A model generated the notes under the pieces. That model searched no databases and had not been told where the DNA came from. It saw only the letters and a program-made list of their open reading frames with translations. A stretch of 62,949 nt of DNA, the filler included, from Nemertoderma westbladi (Eukaryota > Animalia > Xenacoelomorpha): the NCBI GenBank assembly GCA_032718475.1. It is 3 parts of 3 records of this genome, joined end to end, with 100 filler letters (N's around TTAATTAATTAA, not from the genome) between each part and the next. Parts side by side here need not be neighbours in the genome. Positions count along the whole stretch, not along the records: positions 1 to 19,954 come from JAUCBJ010007316.1; 2 more parts are not named here. The stretch is one strand, 5' to 3'. Position numbers and translations under genes: made by a program. Positions 1 to 8,810 of this stretch are shown piece after piece (within the stretch, counting starts at the first letter, position 1; each line of letters starts with the position of its first letter).

Positions 1-179
1 GGTGGATTGCTCCCGTAACAATACAATACTCGCGAGGGGGCTTCGTTGAAACAACCATTCTTGTGTTTAATTAAATTGCCAACAAATGTAGACTTTCCGG
101 AGCCAGATGGCCCTGAAATTATCATACTCGTTCCCATTTGAAAGTTTAAATTATATGGGCCTGAATTAAAGTCAGCCAT
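1..179 (-). CDS. Polinton packaging ATPase (A32/FtsK-HerA-like), N-terminal part
   Basis: Not in the ORF track. Manual translation from ATG 179 gives MADFNSGPYNLNFQMGTSMIISGPSGSGKSTFVGNLIKHKNGCFNEAPSRVLYCYGSNP. This is Walker A (GPSGSGKST) followed by an F-x3-P-x-R-V-x2-CYG segment of the kind seen in Polinton ATPases. Confidence 0.85.
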   Translation of the reverse strand, partial: MADFNSGPYNLNFQMGTSMIISGPSGSGKSTFVGNLIKHKNGCFNEAPSRVLYCYGSNP

Positions 180-470
180 TTATTATTATTATTAAGATAT
201 ATCAACAATATAATATCAATATCAATATCAATAAACCAACACCATTACTATGTATATAACAATAATTGATGGAACTACAATAATATTAGAGTACTGTATA
301 TTTAATTAACATATGAGGCCCCTACAGTATGTGATGCTCGCTGCAGCAAAAGGTGCTATTTCCAATTATAGTATAGACTGATATAATTTCAAGCATGGTG
401 AGCATCTTTATACGCGAAATAATGATAGGTAACATCGGCGGATTGGAAATCACTTCCCGAAAATTTCGCG

Positions 471-842
471 CTAATGATTTTTTTTATGTTCGCTGCTAAA
501 AAAATAAGGAATATAGTAGCAACAGCGTCGTACTACGTTTCTATAAAAAATATTCTCCAATATTGTAAATAAATCTCCCGGATCATTACTTTTCGCAGAA
601 ATATAAGTTATATTGCGAAGCTCTTTCCAATAATAGGGTTGGTATCTTGCCAACTTTATATTAAACTTAGATATGGGTGCGCGACAAATAGGACAAATTT
701 TAGAACAATAATTATTCATTTCGGAATATTGTACAATACATTGTACGCAAGTTGCATGTTTATTTTCACATTTATAATAATCTCGATGTTGTTGCAATAA
801 CTTAGAATAGCAAACTGGACATTTTTCATTTAAAATATCCAT
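471..842 (-). CDS. RING-finger protein (C3HC4-like), Polinton accessory gene
   Basis: CPVC...C-x3-H-x2-C-x2-C...CPICR pattern in an intronless 123-aa ORF inside the Polinton end. Confidence 0.7.
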   Translation of the reverse strand: MDILNEKCPVCYSKLLQQHRDYYKCENKHATCVQCIVQYSEMNNYCSKICPICRAPISKFNIKLARYQPYYWKELRNITYISAKSNDPGDLFTILENIFYRNVVRRCCYYIPYFFSSEHKKNH

Positions 843-1007
843 TTTCCAAATTTTAAAGTAAATTGAAAATAATTACCACAATACACAACAACAACAACAA
901 ACAAAACTGTTATACTGTATATACAAATACTACTACAATTTTCGATTATTTAAAAACAACAAAATTTTATATATAATCATAAAATATTTATAATATAGGG
1001 GGAAAAG

Positions 1008-1454
1008 TCAAGAATCAATGATATTATCAACATATTCAACATTATCCGCTGATTCTTCAGGTTCGACAAAGGATTCTTTTGAAATCATTACAATAAAGAA
1101 AGACATAATTTCGTAGGGGCTATGCCGATTTAGCCGTATTTCAAACTTTTCACCAGCTTCGTTGTATTGTGTAATAACAATAAATCCCTCTATCATGGAT
1201 AATAGTAAAATGTTGCTTAATTTTCCTCCCCCATGCTCAGCTTTCAGGTTGTAATCTAAAAGATGAATACTATTATCAGAAGCATCAATATCAATTGAGC
1301 TTAAAACTTTCCTGGCTTTTTCAGAAAATTCAATTTTATATTTATCATCTCCCTGACGGTAAATTGTATAATCAATAACAATATAGGCTTGACCATCTTC
1401 TGCAAAAAATGAATGCCTTACCATTGGCATAACCATATTGGAATCAGAAGACAT
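1008..1454 (-). CDS. hypothetical Polinton protein (148 aa)
   Basis: Open 148-aa ORF with globular-looking composition and an A-rich start context, co-oriented with the RING and ATPase ORFs. No motif recognised. Confidence 0.55.
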   Translation of the reverse strand: MSSDSNMVMPMVRHSFFAEDGQAYIVIDYTIYRQGDDKYKIEFSEKARKVLSSIDIDASDNSIHLLDYNLKAEHGGGKLSNILLLSMIEGFIVITQYNEAGEKFEIRLNRHSPYEIMSFFIVMISKESFVEPEESADNVEYVDNIIDS

Positions 1455-2394
1455 TATTTAATTTATTTTATTGTAAATCAAACAAACAAAGTAAAAACTT
1501 TTAAACTAAAACCATTACAAATGATTAATTGCGATTAAAGCAAGAGATTATATATATAAGATATTTTCAAAAATAATACAGGTCTTAAACTGAGAAATAG
1601 CCTAAATTCGGTTTATTGATCGGTTGATTAGCTGGTGGGTAACTACTGTACAGTACAGTACAGTACAATTAAAAAAAAAATTACGGTCAAGGTTGAGTAA
1701 CTATGGAAATGTTCGTATATGTGTAGCTGGAAACGTGACGGAATTTCATGTATCCTACCGCTGGACTGGTAGGCTGCTTGGTTTGGTGACAGCCGTCGAG
1801 GAGTAGCAGTGGTTAGCGGTGCGTAAATAATCGTTGAGTTGGTAATCGATATAATATAATATATAATATGTGTGTAGTTGGCTACGTCGTCGTCATCATC
1901 ATATACAGTATACAGCGGTGGTGATGTGGTGAAAAGGTGAATAACCGATGAGTTAGGCAAGCATCGCTGTTGGTTGGTTGGTGGGTGGGTAACAGCTGTG
2001 GATTGAGTGGTGATGTGTTGGATGCTAGCCATGCATCGAGAGGTTAGGCTACGCGAAGATGAATATGCAATGGTTGGTGAAAAATTGCGATTTGAAAAAT
2101 AGTAGTCGTTACCTGATGCTAAGTGTAGACACCCGAACACCCGTAAAATAAAGGTTGGTGATTGGATGCAGTACTAGCGTTGGGTGACTAATAACGCCTC
2201 TAGCGGAATAAGCGGGAACTTGAGAAGTTACCATGGTTACGAATGAAATGCAGTCATCTGATTGGTTGAAATAATAACGACCACCGCAAAAGGTTGAAAT
2301 GGTGGCTTCTGATTGGCTGCAGTACCAGAAATGGATGGTAATGATGGACTACGGGTGACCATGATGCCGGGGGCTAGTAATATATACTACTACT

Positions 2395-3385
2395 GTACAA
2401 GGACGGCTACGACCCAAAGAGCAAATGCCAGCTACATACAAATGCGCTTCATCAAACCATGAACTGCAGGTACTGGCAAGAGCTACCCAGGGAAGATCAG
2501 GTAGAATACGCGGCGAGAAATGAGATCTGCTCGCGATGTGTGATGAGTGGAGATAGAGCTAGGCAATGCAAGGAGACGCCAATCAAGTTCGGTCAAAGCA
2601 AAGGCCAAACGATGGCAACGAGCACAGTAGGGGCAAAAAGAGAGGAACGGTGCTACTTGGGGTAGTACCAGTGCGAGTGATTGGAGAAGGCAATCGATCA
2701 GTGACCACACTGATGCTGGTCGATAGTGGAGCTGCCTTCACATTAATCGAAAATTGGGTGGCCGAAGAGATAGGATTGAGAACGAGGCCAAGTAGAATGG
2801 CGATAACAACAATTTCTAGCAAAGATGAGGTCCTGGAGATGAGGACCGGACGGTGCGCGATTGCAGCGGTGGCACCGGGATGCGACTACGGGGTGACCAT
2901 CGACCCCATCCAAGTGATAGAATCAATAAATATCAATGCCAGGCGGCCAACCAACATCGAGGTCGAACAATATAAATTCCTGGATGATATCGACTTCTCA
3001 ATCCCAGAGGTGGACGTTAGGAAGGTATCCATCATAGTAGGAATGGACTGCCCGACGGCCCACGAAAGGATGCAAACGGTCTTCGGCGAAGACAGGCAGT
3101 GTGACCCGGTGGCGATATTGACACCGTTCGGGTGGACGCTGAGTGGCCCAATTAAGAGTAAGATACCATTTAGGATGTCGGAGACATCGGGATGCATGTT
3201 CGCAGGAACTATGCAAGAAATAGGGGATGAGAGAGCGGAGGAACAGCTCAAGAGACTGCTCAGACAAGATTTTGAGGGACTAAAGGAAACCGGGGTCGGA
3301 ACCTCGGTGGAAGACAAGCAGGCTCAGCAGAGCGTAGAGGAGTCTATGAGATGCGATGAGGGGCGGTATACCGTTAGAGTCTGGT
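2395..3385 (+). pseudogene. BEL/Pao gag-pol fragment (zinc knuckles plus aspartic protease), frameshifted
   Basis: CQLHTNALHQTMNC and CSRCVMSGDRARQC knuckles, then a frame change to VLLGVVPVRV...LMLVDSGAAFTLI...IIVGMDC...AILTPFGWTLSGP (Pao-type protease region). Confidence 0.85.
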
Positions 3386-3393
3386 TCACCAAT

Positions 3394-5074
3394 TGTGGGG
3401 CGAGGATAATCCAACATAAAAAATCCTTGCACACAAATAATATAATATAATGTTAACAAAAATCTACTGACTAACAGACACAACAGTGCAGTATAATTAC
3501 TGAATTATCAGTACCGGTATAAGTCAGTTGCTAAGAGGCGCAGAAGTCTGTTAGATCCTTTTGGGGCACTACATAGCGATCCGAGTACTCGTAATAGCTG
3601 GTCCGGGTATAGGAATTCTGGTCATCGTCGACTCGCGTATAGTCGGAGTTCTCGCCTCCTGTTCGGCCTTCTGCTGTGCGAACAGTTCTCGCAACTCGGT
3701 ACCTACACTCGCCCCACATTCTTCGATCATTCGCATCCCCTTCTCGGTGATTTCATTCGCCTTCCTGGTCCGTTATTCACTCTCTAAGTTTAGTCTCGCA
3801 CTTTCCAATTGCGCCAGTTTGCGTTGTTCTTCTTCCCTCGCGAGTCGCGCTGCGCTCTCTTCTTCCAGTCGCGCCTTCTCTTCGTACAATCGTGTCGTTC
3901 CCTTTCGAGCTCGAATTCGAGTTGAAGTTCGCGTCTCCTTTGTTTGCATTCCTTGGCTTCGTGCTCGCGTTCGAGCTGGAGTTAGCGCTCCTTCCGTTCG
4001 CGTTCGCGCTCCTTCCGTTCGCGTTCGCGCTCGAGTTGGAGTTCGCGTTCTTCGCGTTCGCGCTCGAGTTGGAGTTCACGTTCTTCGCGTTTGCGCTCGA
4101 ATTTGAGTTTGCGTTCTTCCTGTTCGCAATCGGCTTGCTCACGCTTACTTATGTCCTCCAACTCGCGCAGCTTTGCGTCTAACTTCCGTGTGCGCTCCCG
4201 TTCTCGTTCGGCCTCCTTCCGTGCCTCCGATGCATGCAAGACCTCTGCCTGTTGTTCGCCTAGTCGGCGTCTTCTCTCCTCCGCCGAGTTGTGAGAAACA
4301 AGGGATCTAGCGCATATAACCTTCCCTCGCGCTGACTAACCTGAGAATCGCCACTGTCTCTAGATGCATCATCAGGTGGAGTTAACGTCCTCTGTTGGAT
4401 GTTCTCCATCGTCGGTAGCACCTGACCCGGTACCACCACTCCACTCTGCATCAGCCAGCTGGTAACTTCCCTCTGATACCATTGCTCTTCCTTGTCTTGG
4501 GTCTCTTCCTGCTCTACTAAGTTCCTCGACTCCGTGTCGCTTACCTGAGTCGCCTGCGCTTGTGATGCCCACAGCAACCAGTTTTCTGTCCTTACTCGTC
4601 GACTACAAAGCCGCTAAAGCCCTGTCGTAAACCCTCGTCACTACGTCGCTCGACTGGGACTCTACTGCTCTCTTCGCTAGGACTGCAAGCTCCTCCATCT
4701 GCTTAAATAACGCTGAGTTGTATCCCTTTCTAATCTCTACTAACCCTTCCCTTCCGATGTTACCAGAGTCGGCTAGCATCTTCCTTACCTTGTCCATCGT
4801 CCGGATTATTAGTCCGGCATGCGCGCGAAGTTTCTTTTTTATCGTGATGTCCAGTTCTCTCTCGCTTACCTGACTCACACTCGGTGGACTTGAGGGATTA
4901 TTTCGGGAACTATGGGTACTCCTTACAGCCGCTGGGGCCACGGCACTTACCATACCCACAGGTCCGGAAACCGGGCTCCGGCCTCTCGCTTCTGATATGC
5001 TACCTTCCCTATCACTCACCTCTGGCCGGGCTGCTGTGCAATCCTTCCTTACAGTAGTGGTAGGGGATCCTAAT
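3394..5074 (-). pseudogene. degenerate BEL/Pao-like gag N-terminal coiled-coil fragment
   Basis: Several frameshifted ORF pieces (4603-5103, 4260-4577, 3982-4239) join into an E/R-rich coiled coil. KKKLRAHAGLIIRTM resembles IRSIGGHMAQITRNL of the 16634 Gag. Confidence 0.55.
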
Positions 5075-5525
5075 GGATAGCTTATTATCAACCAACCACT
5101 CATTACAGGATTCTAGAACTGCACTTAACTTTTGGGAAATATGGATAGGATCTTTATGAGAGAAAATAAGAGCACTGTCGTCGGCATATAAAATGAGTTT
5201 AAAATCGGGATCTATACTACTTATCATATCATTTACATAGCATACAAAAAGCAGAGGACCTAATATACTACCTTGCCATACACCACAGGTAATCTCTTGT
5301 ACAGTAGACTGCGATTTGCTAATGACTACAGTTTGACCTCTGTCTGACAGGTAGGACTTGAACCAGTCTATAGAACCTACACCCATCAGTCCTAACTTAC
5401 CAAGCAGAATTTCGTGATCTACAGTATCGAAAGCCTTTTGTAGGTCCAACATTACCATACCAGTATATAAACCCTTTGCGCTATTACATCTAATTGTATC
5501 AGTTAAGTTAAAAAGGCAGGTTATA
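5075..5525 (-). mobile_element. L2/CR1-group LINE reverse-transcriptase fragment
   Basis: [30 protein letters not shown] and WLVDNKLS motifs; truncated at both ends. Confidence 0.85.
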
Positions 5526-5649
5526 GAATTATATTGTATAAATGCCATGGATTTCAAAATTTTATTTTATTCGGATTAACTTTGCTAAAAGATTACATTG
5601 AGTCCTCATTTGTATTTACTATATCTGTTTGTGTGATGATTATTCAAGT

Positions 5650-5734
5650 GGTTCAGTAGCTCAGTCGGTAGAGCGTTGGAAATTATACGTAGTAGATATT
5701 GAGTTCGAATCCTTGTAGGTGCGAATTATTTTTT
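5650..5734 (+). promoter_or_regulatory. tRNA-like Pol III A-box/B-box cassette in LTR of E1
   Basis: TAGCTCAGTCGGTAGAGCG (A box/D-arm-like), GTTCGAATCC (B box) and a T6 terminator; no intact cloverleaf. Confidence 0.7.
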
Positions 5735-8277
5735 GTACAGAATTTCAACTCATTTAAATTGACCGCTACAAATTAAATTGCATTTGTCTGTACCTAGATT
5801 AACCAATGGGACTGTAGTTATTAGATTGTAACCAATGTCGTGCAAGTTATATATTCGCTGGACCAATAGTTATCTTTAAAAACCTATTAGAACTCATAGA
5901 ACAATCGAGAATTTTCTCGATTGATTGCAGCACAAATTTGCTATATAAGGTGCGATTTTGTTCATCAGTAATTCAATCTTAATCGTATATTTCTATCTAT
6001 CATTAGTTATCTCAATCATTCGTGTTTAGATTATCATTCTTTATTAGTTATCTATTAGTTTCTTGTTACGTTTATGTATATCCTTTTGTAATAAAAGTTA
6101 GAAATACTTGTTATATCTGCCTTTTTCCTGTCTGTTTTACTATGTTTCACCACGGTGAACGCCCCTAAAGAACAGGATGGCCGGCTAGACATCGGGCCGC
6201 AGCAGTGAACGGGAACATCGGGGAATGTGAACAGGAGACCGCCCACAATATCTATTCGAGTTATTCGCCCATCGCCTGAAGGTTAGACAGTGTTCGATGC
6301 TTCGCTACCTAAGTGTAAGACCTAAGATCGATGGTAGGAGTAGCGACACACTGTACGCCAAAAATTTAAATTAAGAACTGTATTGTCCCAATTCTTGGAA
6401 AACCCGCAGAACCCCTTCATATTCCTACGGGAAAGAAGAAAAGGAAAGTCAGACAGAGATACCCGTACGCAGATAGGACACAGGCACACCATTACCCGGC
6501 ATGTACATTGGTAGGGTGCAGCAAAACTGTACGTCTAACTCATTGTCAGGTATAGGTGCGTTGGTGGCTTGTCGGCAGTACACGGTGTTTATTGCTTGCG
6601 TTGGAACTTGTAGGCCAGGAGAGGGTTGCTGTGTTTTCTCTGAATTGAGATTGTACCGTTCAGGCGGTAGGGCAGTTTACGACTAGGCGCAAAATAAATT
6701 GAGGCTATTAGGGATACTAACATCTACCGTGTCCCCGCCAACATTCTGTTAGGAAGTTGCCGTACCCATCTAGGCAACCAAAATTCTAGATAGGAACACC
6801 AGGCTAGCTATTAGTAACTGTACGCCTACTGTAGTAAACTAACACATTTCTTCTTAGTATTAGGGACCTGGTAAATTAAATTGCCGAATTCTGGGCGTAG
6901 TATTAACCTTATGCCTGAATTTGAGTCCTGGAAATACATGGAAGGGGAAGGAGCCTTATCATTCGTGAGTATTGGACCTACAAGTTACAAAATTAGAATA
7001 TTCGTAAAATGTACACCGGACCCAGTAATTATATATATGAAGGAGCAAAACTGCTTTGACTGTTTAGAATTAACACACGCGCGCGTTAGAAATTATTTAC
7101 ACCTCAAAATATATAAAATTAACTTTTGTCCGTACTGCGCTTTGTCCGCTAGTTAGACCTCTCTAGATCTCTGCACCTAGCTAGCGTCTCTTTCGCCCAA
7201 CCATATAAATCACACCGCGGCAAAGTATACAAGCCCCTTAGTCCGTCAGCGAGTCAGCCTGATTTTAGGATTCGCTGCGCGGGATTTTGTTTTATCGAAG
7301 TTTGTCCGTTCGTAGACTGTTTTCTGCCTCACCGGTTATAAGAGACCGATACTGCAATATATATTCGCTTACTTAGAGTTTACTGTTTTGGTGAGAAGGT
7401 CGGATTATGATTTGATTCACAAACTTTACAGTAGGATATTGCAGGCATTAGGTACGTCTCTTCCATATAGTAGGAATATGATCTACTGAACTACGGTTCG
7501 GTAGGACTAAAGTTATTTGAAAATTTTGTATTTTGAGGTAAAAGTTTATATTTGATTAGCTAAGTGCTAATTTTTTGAAATAAAATTTTGATTTGAAACG
7601 CGTGTAAAATATTTTGGAATTGAATACCGGTGTTTAAAAGGGTTTAAATACCATATTGTACCGGTACAAAATTTTCGTAAAAGTAAAACCTAACTCTTTT
7701 GTTTTTCAGGATTCAGAGCTCATTTCTAGACTGTAACGGGAGCAAGACCGTGTTTAGCAAGTTTGGGAGATAGATAACTCAACAACTTTGGTTGGGAAAA
7801 TCGCACTTCGTCCGCAATGCTGGAAACGGAAAGGTTCACGTCCGGTTTGTATCTGGGAATCTGTTTTTCTGGAGAATCATTGGAGGGGGTGAGTTCGAAA
7901 AGTTGCATAAATAAGTTAGGCATTACCGTATTAGTTAAAATTATTGTGGGTTCCACTGTCTCAAGTATTTATGCATTCCGTACGATTTCTTTGTTTATTG
8001 CTGAATTAGTCCGTATTATTGAATTTAATTTACCTTTTGATAACGTATATCGTTATCTGATTTATTTGTTATAAAATTGGCCGCTAGGCTAATTTTATTA
8101 TATACTTATTCCGTGACATTTATTTGATGTAAAATTGGCCGCTAGGCTAATTTTATCCATCTGCTATAAAATCGGCCGGTAGGCTAATTTTATATGACTG
8201 TATTTAATACCGTTTTAATACAAATACGGTAAGTTTGATACTTTGACACTCACTTTACTTGACTTACAACTACCGAA

Positions 8278-8586
8278 ATGAGTGACAAACAAGACTATAC
8301 GAAGAATACACAAACCGACTATGACTCATGTAATGCGGATAAGTCAGAAGCGGAAGAACCACAGGGGAAGACTCGTGAGCCTGCCGAACCTACACCGTGC
8401 GCGTCACCAGTACATCCAACGGGAGTACCGGATGCCGTAGTACGAGGCGACGGCAGGACTGAGGACTTTCTAACGGTCCCGCAACCTAGACATAGGGAAA
8501 CGGACGTGGTAAGTTCAGTAGGAAGCACAGAAAGTGTGGTTAGAAGCGTCGGCGGTTACATGGCGCATATTACTAGGAGTATTGGA
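8278..8586 (+). pseudogene. E1 gag N-terminus (103 aa), truncated by E2 insertion
   Basis: TDYDSC...RGDGRTEDFLTVPQ...RSVGGYMAHITRSIG aligns with the N-terminus of 16634-19954. The stop codon is supplied by the TGA that starts E2. Confidence 0.85.
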
Positions 8587-8729
8587 TGATGAATTATTTC
8601 ACTATAAGGTAGCATTTGTAGTTTAACTTTAACGTAAAAACTTTCGAAAATCCGACGTATTTTGATTGAGTTACAGTAATGTAATATGCCTATTCATATT
8701 TGTACACATAAAACCTTAGGTACTCTCGT

Positions 8730-8810
8730 GGCGTAGTGGTCAGATGGTTAAGGCGTTGGTTACATTACATAGGTTACGAGTTCGAATCCCAGTCGGGAAA
8801 TTTGTATTTT
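8730..8810 (+). promoter_or_regulatory. tRNA-like Pol III A-box/B-box cassette in LTR of E2
   Basis: TGGTCAGATGGTTAAGGCG ... GTTCGAATCCC ... TTTGTATTTT. Confidence 0.7.

Larger units (their letters stand above)
1..2394 (-). mobile_element. Polinton/Maverick (adintovirus-like) element, one terminus; continues beyond window start
   Basis: The minus strand begins AGTAGTAGTATATA at 2394, a typical Polinton AGT-repeat terminus. A sharp junction to a BEL gag frame follows (candidate 6-bp TSD GTACAA, 2395-2400). Compact intronless inward-pointing ORFs include a Polinton-type ATPase. CCAAT boxes lie on the minus strand near 2161, 2261 and 2312. Confidence 0.8.
5535..8586 (+). mobile_element. BEL/Pao LTR retrotransposon E1, 5' part (LTR, long leader, gag start), cut by insertion of E2
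   Basis: Tentative TG start, A/B-box cassette, CCAAT boxes, TATATAA at 5942 and AATAAA near 6090. Leader blocks are homologous to E2, and the gag start at 8278 aligns with the 16634 Gag. Confidence 0.75.

Noticed and set aside
1643-2140. 165-aa ORF in the Polinton terminal region
   Set aside because: Low-complexity, non-ATG start and no motif; probably non-coding terminal repeat.
6176-6230. HDV-like ribozyme (GATGGCCGGC start)
   Set aside because: Only ~10 nt match; I could not build P1/P1.1/P3 pairings and the match is not kept in E2 or E3.
8730-8810. Functional tRNA genes (also 5650, 38569, 49380)
   Set aside because: Acceptor and anticodon stems do not pair; only the A/B boxes remain, so they are reported as Pol III cassettes.
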